The notes beneath the pieces were generated by a model that saw nothing but the letters and a program-made list of their open reading frames with translations, was not told the DNA's origin and ran no database searches. A DNA stretch of 64,000 nucleotides from Candidatus Nomurabacteria bacterium (GTDB lineage Bacteria > Patescibacteriota > Minisyncoccia > Phycocordibacterales > UBA9973): the NCBI GenBank assembly GCA_023267435.1, contig JAHFNH010000001.1, positions 16,253 through 80,252 of the forward strand, in the 5' to 3' direction. Position numbers and translations under genes: made by a program. Shown here one piece after another: positions 43,512-52,576 of this stretch. The first letter of the stretch is position 1. Every line of letters begins with the position of its first letter.

Positions 43512-45980
43512 TTATATGTTAAATACTCTGTTTAATACTCCATGAATGATTTTGAAGTAATTTGATGTGTAAACGACGGAGTATGACGCATCATCATTTT
43601 TCTTCTCAATTTTCACATAATATGTGCCGTTTGGAACAAGCATGTAATATCTTCCCATTTCATCGGTCACCTTGTGTGCGATTTCCACATTGGTATCGAC
43701 AGAAAATACGCGAATGAAGGCAAATGACAACGGGGATCCATCTTTATCAAAGAGGCGTCCTTTGGCTTTCAATTTGAAGCTTGTTCTGCGCAAGATAAAC
43801 ATAGCGACATACAAGCCGAGCACAACCATATTGTATTTTTCAGGAGAAATGATGAACGCACCGATAGCCACAGTAAATCCGAAACCGAAGAAGAAGTTCG
43901 AAACACGAGCGATCATCAATTCTTTCTTGGAATAGAACTGGAAGAGTTTCTTTTTATTCTTAGCAAATTCATTCCAATCAAAACCGATAGGATCCAACGG
44001 AATATTTTTCACAATCACTTCCCCTTCAGTGATGTTCATATAATCTCCGAAATAAAGATCCTGATAAAATTCATCACGGAAATGTTTTGAAAGAACATCG
44101 GATGGGAAAAGATAGTTTGTCTTTCTTGGCACGACTTTATAAACTCCCGGCTTGACCAAGAATCCATATCGTCCATCGATATCAGTAATAGAAGAATCAA
44201 CTTCCACGCCTTCAAGGTTGCGCAGAGAAACATAAACCGGATCGAGTGGCTGCTTGGTAATGCTGTCGTAGACAGTTCCCCATTTGTTTACTCTCTTTCT
44301 CAATCCAAAAGCCGTCAAGAACAGAGACCAGAGACGGAAAGGAATAAGTATTAATTCTGGGAAAGCTAATGGGTTCAAGAAGAGCGCTGTCGCCAAGGAA
44401 AGTATCGAACCGACGATCACCGAGATAGTAGCTGCGATCTTAAGTCCGAGATTTAAATTTTGCACAAGTGCTGGCGGGAAGAAATTAAGAACTGGAGGTG
44501 GCAATAAACTCTGATTACATCCGGGTGCATTTGGATTTGTAGCACAATCAATCTGAGTGCTTAAAACTTGTATACAGCCTGGAAGGTTTGGGTTGGTCGT
44601 ACAGTTTACAGTGATACAACTCGGATCAGTTGGATTAGTCTCACAAAAAGGTTTCATGACACAAAGCGGGTCATTTATAGAATAGTGTATATCAAAAGGA
44701 CAAAGAGCTATAGGATTACAGATAGGATTATTTGAATTGTATGTTGGCAATCCTTGAGTACACTGACAAACAGCTGTGGTTGGATCAGTCGTACAAGAAT
44801 CATTACTCTCATCGTTTAATGATTGATCGTACACTCCGTTCGTCCAACAGCCCGGATCGTTTCGATCAACCAAGCCGTCACCGTTATTTCCATTTGAACC
44901 GTTGTCTGCTCCACCTGGAGGTGGTGGAGGAATATCTACTCCGTTGGAACCGTTGTCTATGCCGTCATTACATTGAGTCGCTGTAGCTGCACAAGGTAAG
45001 TTGCCGACATTCACAGTAATATCTTTTTCATTAGTTACAAGTCCGATTGAACCAGTAGCTTTAGCTTTAATAGAAATGGTTTGGTCTGCACTACAAGATA
45101 CTGTCTGGTACCAGGGTATTTCATAATTTCCAGTCGTTGCGTTATAAGTTCCTGAAACCCAAGCTCCATTATCAACTGAAAATTCCACAGTATCGGCTGT
45201 GCCTGATGTTACTTTGGCTTGTATTGTTAAATTAGCTAATGGCACAGGTGGAACATCGGGAGGAGTGTAGATAGCATCAGCTGATACGAAACTGTCACTA
45301 TCATGTAGATTAACAAAATCAACAACCAAGTTATTGGTTACTGGAATACACTCACTAGGATTTAAAGGATTCACCATATAACCCACAGGTGGTGCATTTG
45401 TAAATGGACTGCCTTGCATACCCTGGGCTGTTAAATTAGGACATAGATCAACTGGAGTAGGAGAAAGAACGGGACCACCACCACTAACAACAGTAGGACG
45501 CCAGCTAGTTTTAACACACTGTCCGGCTACTTTTCCAGGAGCAGAACAATCAAATTTTATCCAACCGTCATTTTGACTCCAAACATTACCATTGAATTCG
45601 CCTGTAGTCGTATCGATCGAAACACCGCCATTCGTCGGAGCAAAATTTATCCAACCAGCATTTTGACTCCAAGCATAGCCAGACAAAATTCCGTTTATAG
45701 TGTTAGACACACCGCCATTAGTTGGATTTAAATTTATCCAACCGACAACATCTCCCCAAGCATATCCGGTAATACTAGAATCTGTTATTTGAACATTACA
45801 ATTGGTACAGTTAAAATTTATTGTTCCGTTATTGGTATCTATAAATTTTGCAGTGTTATAAGTGGCATCAATGCTGCCATTATTAGCCTGCACATGAAAA
45901 GCGAAAAGAGTAAAAACCAAAATTGGTATTAAAAAATATGTTTTTCGCAAAAATTTATTCATAGTTTTAATTGATATCAT
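43512..45980 (-). CDS. large surface protein: signal peptide, GYAW(G/S)xxxGWI(N/K)F repeats, Cys-rich Pro/Asn module, several TM helices interspersed with carboxypeptidase-regulatory-like beta domains
   Basis: Signal peptide LIPILVFTLFAFHVQA. Three tandem repeats (GYAWGDVVGWINLNPTNGGVS / GYAWSQNAGWINFAPTNGGVS / GNVWSQNDGWIKFDC). Cys-rich CQCTQGLPTYNSNNPICNPIALCPFD...; TM segments near residues 500-560 and 690-730; GRYGFLVKPGVYKVV and GRYYMLVPNGTYYVKI motifs. Confidence 0.6.
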   Translation of the reverse strand: MISIKTMNKFLRKTYFLIPILVFTLFAFHVQANNGSIDATYNTAKFIDTNNGTINFNCTNCNVQITDSSITGYAWGDVVGWINLNPTNGGVSNTINGILSGYAWSQNAGWINFAPTNGGVSIDTTTGEFNGNVWSQNDGWIKFDCSAPGKVAGQCVKTSWRPTVVSGGGPVLSPTPVDLCPNLTAQGMQGSPFTNAPPVGYMVNPLNPSECIPVTNNLVVDFVNLHDSDSFVSADAIYTPPDVPPVPLANLTIQAKVTSGTADTVEFSVDNGAWVSGTYNATTGNYEIPWYQTVSCSADQTISIKAKATGSIGLVTNEKDITVNVGNLPCAATATQCNDGIDNGSNGVDIPPPPPGGADNGSNGNNGDGLVDRNDPGCWTNGVYDQSLNDESNDSCTTDPTTAVCQCTQGLPTYNSNNPICNPIALCPFDIHYSINDPLCVMKPFCETNPTDPSCITVNCTTNPNLPGCIQVLSTQIDCATNPNAPGCNQSLLPPPVLNFFPPALVQNLNLGLKIAATISVIVGSILSLATALFLNPLAFPELILIPFRLWSLFLTAFGLRKRVNKWGTVYDSITKQPLDPVYVSLRNLEGVEVDSSITDIDGRYGFLVKPGVYKVVPRKTNYLFPSDVLSKHFRDEFYQDLYFGDYMNITEGEVIVKNIPLDPIGFDWNEFAKNKKKLFQFYSKKELMIARVSNFFFGFGFTVAIGAFIISPEKYNMVVLGLYVAMFILRRTSFKLKAKGRLFDKDGSPLSFAFIRVFSVDTNVEIAHKVTDEMGRYYMLVPNGTYYVKIEKKNDDASYSVVYTSNYFKIIHGVLNRVFNI

Positions 45981-46025
45981 TTTTATTTAAAAGTTTATCG
46001 TTCGCTCATTATATCACAAATAATA

Positions 46026-46643
46026 CTAAATGGGAAGACCTGTAATAATATGGTACAAAAAGGCCATGACTGGGAATAAATAATTGGAGAGAAAAACAAC
46101 AAAGATAATTAGAAAAACTAGGGAGTATTGTTCCAAAGCTCTAACTATAAAATAAAAAGATTCAGGTAAAATTTCAAAAAGTATTTTCGAACCATCGAGA
46201 GGTGGTATCGGCACAAGATTGAAGATCGCCAATGCTAAGTTTATCACAACTATCGAAGAAATAATAAAATTAAATCCGGCTGGAACATTAAAACCAACAG
46301 AGAAACGTAGTATGAGACCGAATAAAATCGCAATACAAATATTTGCGATTATGCCGGCACTGGCGACTGCTATCGTTCCCCATTTTCTATCTGTTAGATT
46401 ATCAGGATTGTATGGCACAGGCTTCGCCCAACCTACAACAAACCCAGATGAAAAATATAAAACTGCTGGCAAGATGATAGATCCGAATAAATCTAAATGT
46501 TTTAGAGGATTTAGAGTAAGACGACCGGCATTTCGCGCTGTTCTGTCACCAAAATATTCCGCCATAAAGCCATGTGAAATCTCGTGAATCACTACTGACA
46601 TGATAAGTATAGCTACATAAAAAACGGCATCGGTTGCTTGCAT
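46026..46643 (-). CDS. M50-family (site-2 protease-like) zinc metalloprotease, short form
   Basis: HEISHG zinc motif in TM1, NLALAIFNLVPIPPLDGS second motif. Confidence 0.75.
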   Translation of the reverse strand: MQATDAVFYVAILIMSVVIHEISHGFMAEYFGDRTARNAGRLTLNPLKHLDLFGSIILPAVLYFSSGFVVGWAKPVPYNPDNLTDRKWGTIAVASAGIIANICIAILFGLILRFSVGFNVPAGFNFIISSIVVINLALAIFNLVPIPPLDGSKILFEILPESFYFIVRALEQYSLVFLIIFVVFLSNYLFPVMAFLYHIITGLPI

Positions 46644-46675
46644 ATTTGTATAACTAATGATACCATAAAAAAACT

Positions 46676-46927
46676 ATGGCGAAAATATGTGCAATAACTA
46701 AAAAGGGTTCAATTATCGGAGGCGGATACTCAAATCGTACTCGTGCCACCAAATTCAACCCAACAGGCAAGAAAAGAAAGTACCCAAATCTTCAAAAGAA
46801 GAAAGTCTTTGTGCCTGAATTAAATAAATCTGTTATCATCGAAGTTTCCACTAAAGGAATGCGTACAATGAAGAAAAACGGTGTCTACCCTACATTACTA
46901 AAAGCAGGACTCGTAAAAGCAAGATAA
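46676..46927 (+). CDS. rpmB: 50S ribosomal protein L28
   Basis: MAKICAITKKGSIIGG...STKGMRTMKKNG L28 pattern. Confidence 0.8.
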   Translation: MAKICAITKKGSIIGGGYSNRTRATKFNPTGKKRKYPNLQKKKVFVPELNKSVIIEVSTKGMRTMKKNGVYPTLLKAGLVKAR

Positions 46928-46941
46928 ATTATAAATCAAAA

Positions 46942-46968
46942 ATAGCCCGCGACCTAGGTCGCGGGCTA
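46942..46968 (+). terminator. rpmB terminator
   Basis: TAGCCCGCGACC-TAG-GTCGCGGGCTA perfect stem followed by a T-run. Confidence 0.75.
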
Positions 46969-46981
46969 TTTTATTGTGAAA

Positions 46982-47060
46982 TCTTGTTATATTTTTTCTG
47001 CATGAAGGGGTCCCGCCCAGTACTCTGGATGGGCGTAGTGCGAAAAAATATGACAAGATG
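46982..47060. other. 79-nt structured element: 17-bp AT-rich inverted repeat enclosing a GC-rich core (complex terminator of the DEAD-box gene or a small structured RNA)
   Basis: ATCTTGTTATATTTTTT ... AAAAAATATGACAAGAT flank CTGCATGAAGGGGTCCCGCCCAGTACTCTGGATGGGCGTAGTGCG. Confidence 0.4.
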
Positions 47061-47068
47061 AAACTAAT

Positions 47069-48586
47069 TTAGAACGGAACGAAAGTCAAAGCTGTTCCCT
47101 TTTTGCCAGCACGGCCGGTTCGACCGATACGGTGCACATAAGTATCATAAGTCTGAGGGATATCGTAGTTGATGACATGAGTTACATCCGGAATATCCAG
47201 ACCTCTCGCTGCGACATCTGTCGCAATAAGAATAGTTATGAAATCTTTTTTGAATAAATCTAAAGTGCGGATTCGTTCACGACTTCTTTTGTCGCCATGA
47301 ATAGCTCCGACCTTGAATCCTAAATGAGTAAGCTCTTTTGTTAGAGTATCCACACTGTGTTTCATTTCACGGAAAATCAACACCTTGTCTGTTCCCTCTT
47401 GTTTTAAAACTTCATGCAATCTGTCGAGTCTTTCTTCTTTTGTTTTAGTACGGATAACATCTTGTTCGATATTTTTAGCTGTCTCACCAGAGACAACAGA
47501 AATAAATACAGGATCTTTCAAAAACTCAGTTGTAAGTTTTTTAATTTCAGGAGAAAGTGTCGCTGAAAAGAAAAGAGTTTGTCTTTCCTTTGGAGCTTTC
47601 GCAAGAATAAAAGTCATATCATCTTTGAATCCCATATCCAGCATTCTGTCGGCCTCATCGAGAACCACAGCGTGACATGCTGAAAGATCTACAACCTTTC
47701 GGTCGATAAGATCACGGATTCTGCCGGGAGTACCGATAATGAACGAAACTCCTCTGCGAATTTCTGAAATCTGACGCATGATTGGAAGACCTCCGACGCA
47801 AGCGACAGAAAAAATTCCTAAACCAAAAGCCATATCTTTAAAGTCAGCATCGATCTGCATTGCGAGCTCTCGTGTGGGAGCCATAATCAAAACGGTTTCT
47901 TTGACACCTGATTTTTTCTTTTTAGAAATATTTTCAATAAGAGGCAACAAGAATGCTGCGGTCTTACCGGTACCAGTGTTTGCCATTCCAAAAACATCCT
48001 TCCCTTCCATAACAGTCGGAATAGATTGATCTTGAATTGGACGAGGATTAGCAAATCCTTTTTTAGCAATATTTTTGTGAAGTTGTTCGTTGAAAGGAAA
48101 ATCAGCAAAAGTATGTTTGGCAACATAAGGTTTCTCTTCTACGTGCTGAGCTTTTTTCACGAAACGTGAATAATCTATACGCTCAGAAAAACCTCTTTTT
48201 TTACTTCCTCCTGATCGGTGTCCACCTCCTTTTCTAAAAGGACGAGAACCACTGTTAAATTTACCGCCACCAAAAGATGGACGAGCGGAACCTCCGAAAC
48301 TAGGTCTAGCACTATGAGATGAACTTCCTCCGCTTGTGCGAGCTGATCCAAAACTAGGCTTACTAGAAAAGCTACGTGGAGCTGAACTAGCCGGTCTAGC
48401 ACCGAAAGTCTTTTTGGCTCCCACCACAAAGTGAGAACCTCCTGCAGGTTTGGCAGATCTAGAGAAACTAGAAGTGTGACCAGCAGGTTTCCCGCCCCCG
48501 AATTGGCGGACAGGCTTCGCGCCGAAGCGTGAAGTAGGGCGTGCACCAGCCGAAGCCGGACGCGCGAAACTGCGTTTGTTAATCAT
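47069..48586 (-). CDS. DEAD-box ATP-dependent RNA helicase with an N-terminal Arg/Gly/Ser-rich low-complexity region of about 150 aa
   Basis: Q-motif region, AQTGTGKT-like GTGKTAAF, PTRELA, DEAD (VLDEADRMLDMGF), SAT, HRIGRTGRAG. RGG/SF-rich N-terminus. Start taken at the internal MINKRSFARP. Confidence 0.85.
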   Translation of the reverse strand: MINKRSFARPASAGARPTSRFGAKPVRQFGGGKPAGHTSSFSRSAKPAGGSHFVVGAKKTFGARPASSAPRSFSSKPSFGSARTSGGSSSHSARPSFGGSARPSFGGGKFNSGSRPFRKGGGHRSGGSKKRGFSERIDYSRFVKKAQHVEEKPYVAKHTFADFPFNEQLHKNIAKKGFANPRPIQDQSIPTVMEGKDVFGMANTGTGKTAAFLLPLIENISKKKKSGVKETVLIMAPTRELAMQIDADFKDMAFGLGIFSVACVGGLPIMRQISEIRRGVSFIIGTPGRIRDLIDRKVVDLSACHAVVLDEADRMLDMGFKDDMTFILAKAPKERQTLFFSATLSPEIKKLTTEFLKDPVFISVVSGETAKNIEQDVIRTKTKEERLDRLHEVLKQEGTDKVLIFREMKHSVDTLTKELTHLGFKVGAIHGDKRSRERIRTLDLFKKDFITILIATDVAARGLDIPDVTHVINYDIPQTYDTYVHRIGRTGRAGKKGTALTFVPF

Positions 48587-48751
48587 ATATTTTTTTGTGT
48601 CATGGATTTCAATCTCCAGACACAAAAGTCATAGATGATTTCCACAATCGTCAGTCTCGTTATTAATAGAGGGCTCGTTGGCCCAAGTGAGATTGATAAG
48701 TTAAGAATAGCATTTATATAAAACATTGTCAAATATAAAAAATAAAAGGGC

Positions 48752-48778
48752 CTTTGTGTTATACACAAAGGCCCTAAA
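48752..48778 (-). terminator. terminator after the dCMP deaminase gene
   Basis: GGGCCTTTGTGT-TATA-CACAAAGGCCC perfect 12-bp stem. Confidence 0.7.
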
Positions 48779-48796
48779 ACTTTACCCTTAAAAGAA

Positions 48797-49273
48797 TTAT
48801 TTATCTTTTTCTTCTAAATAAACATTTCTTATTCCTGATTTTATCATCGCATCCCAACAGGGTTTACAACACCACCAATGACCCCATAAATATAAATCAC
48901 ACCCAGAAACATTGATTTTAGATTTCTTAGCTTTAGCCATAGCAAAACTTTCAGCGTGGTATTTATGTGAAGCACATCCTGGACAAAGCCAATACTTCTC
49001 TCCAGATGGGATTCTAAAAAATTTCCTGATACACCATCTTGGATGAGTTTCCAAAAGAAATTTATTTTTAATTGCTGATTGATTGGCTGCACTAACCACA
49101 ACATTGCCATTATTATCAACCACAACAGCTCCTGTTGAAGTTTTTTTGTCTGTGGATTGTGTTTGAGCTACTTCTTTTGCGATGAGCATGTATTTATTAT
49201 CTGCTGGAACATGTAAAATAGTTCTACCTTCAGGTAGGTAAGGATATTTAATGTTTTTTTCTGTATTTTGCAT
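48797..49273 (-). CDS. dCMP/cytidine deaminase family zinc enzyme
   Basis: HAE (YHAESFAM) and PCxxC (CKPCWDAM) zinc-binding motifs. Confidence 0.7.
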   Translation of the reverse strand: MQNTEKNIKYPYLPEGRTILHVPADNKYMLIAKEVAQTQSTDKKTSTGAVVVDNNGNVVVSAANQSAIKNKFLLETHPRWCIRKFFRIPSGEKYWLCPGCASHKYHAESFAMAKAKKSKINVSGCDLYLWGHWWCCKPCWDAMIKSGIRNVYLEEKDK

Positions 49274-49302
49274 AACGTTCTAATTTTTGTATACTTTATC
49301 AC

Positions 49303-50136
49303 ATGACAACCTTCGACGCAATTTATCAAAATTTAATAAAAAAAATAGTAGAAGAAGGTATGGAAGAACTAAACAAGAGAACTGGCCATAAAACAAAAAC
49401 TTTAGTCGGTCTTACTTTTCAAATTGATCTAGAAAAAGAAGGATTCCCTATCTTAACTCTCAGAAAAAACCCAATCAAATCCCCTATTGCTGAACAAATC
49501 TGGTTTATTACAGGTGAGAGAAATACAGAATTTTTAAGAAAATATACAAAAATGTGGGACGAATTTATTGAAGAAGATGGAACAATTACTTCTGCTTATG
49601 GATATCGTTGGCGACATCATTTTGTAAGAGACCAACTTGGAAAATTAATTGAACTCTTACAAAATGATCCCAGTTCACGACATGGAGTCGTGGTAACTTG
49701 GGACCCAAAGGATGATGGTTACGGAGGGACACCAAAGAAAAATATTCCTTGTCCTTTTACTTTTACAGTAAATATTGTTGGAGAACGACTACATCTTCAC
49801 AATATAATTCGTTCAAACGACATGATGCTTGGCTGTCCATTTGATACTTTTGGATTTAGTTTATTACTATGTACTCTTGCCCAAAAATTGGGCGTAAAAC
49901 CTGGAATTTATACTCATACAATTTCAAACGCGCATATTTATGATACACACTATGCTGGTGCAGAAGAGTTAATAAAAAGAACAAATACTCATGAAAATAT
50001 CTTCCCAGTATTACCTTTAAATATTTACGATAGAGCAGAAAAAAAAGATGACACTCTAGTAGATGAAATCTACCAATCTTTTGCTCCATTTTTCAAACCA
50101 GGAGAATCAATATCTGGACTTGATATAATTAAATAA
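49303..50136 (+). CDS. thyA: thymidylate synthase (ThyA type), with PCP in place of the usual PCH
   Basis: RTGHKT, FPILTLRK, DPSSRH, IPCPFTFTV (catalytic Cys), IRSNDMMLGCPFDTFGFSLL. Confidence 0.85.
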   Translation: MTTFDAIYQNLIKKIVEEGMEELNKRTGHKTKTLVGLTFQIDLEKEGFPILTLRKNPIKSPIAEQIWFITGERNTEFLRKYTKMWDEFIEEDGTITSAYGYRWRHHFVRDQLGKLIELLQNDPSSRHGVVVTWDPKDDGYGGTPKKNIPCPFTFTVNIVGERLHLHNIIRSNDMMLGCPFDTFGFSLLLCTLAQKLGVKPGIYTHTISNAHIYDTHYAGAEELIKRTNTHENIFPVLPLNIYDRAEKKDDTLVDEIYQSFAPFFKPGESISGLDIIK

Positions 50137-50139
50137 TTT

Positions 50140-50634
50140 ATGATTATTTCTCTCATCGCGGCTATTGGTAAAAATAATGAACTCGGCAAAAATAATACTT
50201 TGCTTTGGCATTTACCAGCCGATATGAAACATTTTAAAGAAATTACATCTCTGCACACAGTCATCATGGGACGCAAAACTTTTGAAAGTATAGGTAAACC
50301 ACTTCCCAATCGCCGAAATATCGTAATAACTCGTGATAAAAATTATCAAGCTGATGGTGTCGAAATTACACATTCATTTGAAGAAGCTTTGAGTTTGGTA
50401 AAAAATAAAGATGAGGAAGTTTTTATTGTTGGGGGTGCAGAAATATATAAGCAAGCATTAGAATTTGCCAATAAACTTTATATCACCCATATTGAAGCAA
50501 AAGATAAAAATGCTGATGTATTTTTCCCAGAAATTATCCCGATAGTCTTTGGTGAAGTTTCTCGCGAAGAACACGCGCCTGACGAAAAAAACCTACTACC
50601 ATATTCATTCGTAAAATACGAAAGAATATTTTAA
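50140..50634 (+). CDS. folA: dihydrofolate reductase
   Basis: IISLIAAIGKNNELGKNNTLLWHLPADMKHFKEIT...VIMGRKTFESIG. Confidence 0.85.
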   Translation: MIISLIAAIGKNNELGKNNTLLWHLPADMKHFKEITSLHTVIMGRKTFESIGKPLPNRRNIVITRDKNYQADGVEITHSFEEALSLVKNKDEEVFIVGGAEIYKQALEFANKLYITHIEAKDKNADVFFPEIIPIVFGEVSREEHAPDEKNLLPYSFVKYERIF

Positions 50635-50693
50635 ATAAAAAAAATCCCCCGAAAGATTCGAGGGAAATTAATAAAATACTTACATAAAAGTTA

Positions 50694-51233
50694 CTAACGA
50701 TCTTCGTACAGATGTGGATTCTTATGCTTAATAAGAGCAAAGATTGCACTTTGTAAATACGTGCTGGTTCGATCAACCAAATCTGCTGTAAGAAACCCAA
50801 TGATACTGCCTTGTTGTTTCGAATTTGAAACACCAAACAATTCATCAACCGCAGGACCAAGCTCCATACCTTTTCTGATATTATCAGCAATGGATGTCGG
50901 TATTTCAAACGAAGCCGCTTTAGCACGTCCGACAACTCCGTCTTTTGATGCAATCACAATGTGACTGGTCTCAAACATATGGACAACATTATCAATAATG
51001 CCACTCTCTTGTGAAACCCAAAAATCTGCATCTGGATATTTTTCTTTACAATCATCAATTCGATTAAGAGCTCCACGAAGCGTCTCCTCATCGCTCTTTG
51101 GCTGATCGGAAACGTTTGACAAGGCACGGTAACTAACAAACTCAAATTTTTCATCTGGAAAAACTTGTTCAAAGGCTTGCTGTGCCACTTTTATTTTTAC
51201 TGGGTTCTGAGAACCGACGATAACTTTTTTCAT
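50694..51233 (-). CDS. YjjX-family inosine/xanthosine triphosphatase (non-canonical purine NTPase)
   Basis: VIVGSQNPVKIKVAQQAF...DEETLRGALNRID...PDADFWVSQESGI parallels E. coli YjjX. Confidence 0.55.
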   Translation of the reverse strand: MKKVIVGSQNPVKIKVAQQAFEQVFPDEKFEFVSYRALSNVSDQPKSDEETLRGALNRIDDCKEKYPDADFWVSQESGIIDNVVHMFETSHIVIASKDGVVGRAKAASFEIPTSIADNIRKGMELGPAVDELFGVSNSKQQGSIIGFLTADLVDRTSTYLQSAIFALIKHKNPHLYEDR

Positions 51234-51543
51234 TTTTTACGTTTTTTGTTAAGGAAACCTATCTTATATTATTCTTGAAATAATGACAGGACAAACTATT
51301 TCTGTAACCACTATATAAGATATTTCTTAAAAGTCAACAAAGTAAGTAATATTTACTATTCAGTATCTTTCTACACCTCCCTTTTTCATAACTTAAATAT
51401 ACTCTGAAATAATTAAAAATGAAAGGGAAGTAGTTTTTAAAAAGCATTGCGCAGGCTGACGAGCCGAGTATAGCAAATTTTCAGCAGAAAATTATGTGCG
51501 GTTTTTAAAAGCTACTTCGCTGGAATATTAACTTAAAAAACAA

Positions 51544-51570
51544 AGAGCCCCCGACTTGGTCGGGGGCTCT
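51544..51570 (-). terminator. terminator immediately after rplK (no rplA follows)
   Basis: AGAGCCCCCGAC-TTG-GTCGGGGGCTCT with T-run. Confidence 0.75.
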
Positions 51571-51582
51571 TTTAAAGTTTAA

Positions 51583-52008
51583 TTATTTTGTAACTTCGAT
51601 ACCGGCAGATCGGGCGGAACCTTCCACAATGCGAATAGCTCCTTCCATATCTTTAGCATTCAAGTCGGTCATTTTCTTTTCAGCGATTTCTTGAGCTTGA
51701 GCTTTGGTAATTTTTCCAGCTTTTGTGGTTTTGTTTTTACCAGAACCTTTCTCTACTCCGGCTGCTTTAAAGATAAGACCTGAAACTGGGGGGGTTTTGA
51801 TAAAGAAATCGTAAGTACGATCTTCGTAAACATGAACCACAACTCCAACCTTGTCTCCTGCCATCTTTTGAGTCGCAGCATTAAACTTGGTAACAAAATC
51901 ACCTATGTTAATACCAGCCTGTCCCAATGCGGGTCCTAAAGGAGGCGCTGGGGTAGCTTTTGCGGCCTGAATTTGTAGTTTTATTTTTTTGGTTATTTTC
52001 TTTGCCAT
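51583..52008 (-). CDS. rplK: 50S ribosomal protein L11
   Basis: PAPPLGPALGQAGINIGDFVTKFN. Confidence 0.9.
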   Translation of the reverse strand: MAKKITKKIKLQIQAAKATPAPPLGPALGQAGINIGDFVTKFNAATQKMAGDKVGVVVHVYEDRTYDFFIKTPPVSGLIFKAAGVEKGSGKNKTTKAGKITKAQAQEIAEKKMTDLNAKDMEGAIRIVEGSARSAGIEVTK

Positions 52009-52026
52009 ATAATTTACTAGATTAGC

Positions 52027-52572
52027 TTAAATCTTCTTAACTTGCAAGAAGTCGAGTTCGACTGGGGTCTCTCTTCCGAACATTGAAACAAGTACCTTTA
52101 CCTTTCCGCGTTCCTGGTCGGTAGAGTTTACTTTGCCTTCAAGGTCTTTAAACGGACCATCGGATATCAAAACTGTCTCTCCGATAGCAAGATCAATGTT
52201 ATGTTTCGCAGTACCTGTATCCATTTTCTTAAATAAATAATCAACTTCATCTTGTTTGAGAGGCACTGGGTTAACTCCTGCTCCGACGAATCCTGTAACG
52301 CGAGGAGTATTTCGGACAACATACCAAGAATCATCTGTTACGATCATATCAACCAAGACATAACCTGGGTAGATCTTTTCTTCTACTTCTGTTCTCTTTC
52401 CTGCTTTTATTTTTATTTTCTTTTCTGATGGAACAATGACGTTAAAAATTTTGTCGTGCATTCCTAGGGAATCGATACGCTGTTTCAAATTGCGAAGAAC
52501 CGCATTTTCATATCCGGCATAAGTATGGATCGCATACCAATTTCTAGCTCCTTGTGTTTCTTGTTTTGCCAT
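52027..52572 (-). CDS. nusG: transcription termination/antitermination factor NusG
   Basis: NGN domain (WYAIHTYAGYENAV) plus KOW (GETVLISDGPFKDLEGKV). Confidence 0.85.
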   Translation of the reverse strand: MAKQETQGARNWYAIHTYAGYENAVLRNLKQRIDSLGMHDKIFNVIVPSEKKIKIKAGKRTEVEEKIYPGYVLVDMIVTDDSWYVVRNTPRVTGFVGAGVNPVPLKQDEVDYLFKKMDTGTAKHNIDLAIGETVLISDGPFKDLEGKVNSTDQERGKVKVLVSMFGRETPVELDFLQVKKI

Positions 52573-52576
52573 AAAT

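Noticed and set aside
46982-47060. Possible SRP (4.5S) RNA
   Set aside because: Lacks the conserved helix-8 GGAA/GNAR tetraloop and the symmetric-loop AGG..GCA motifs. Kept only as an unclassified structured element.
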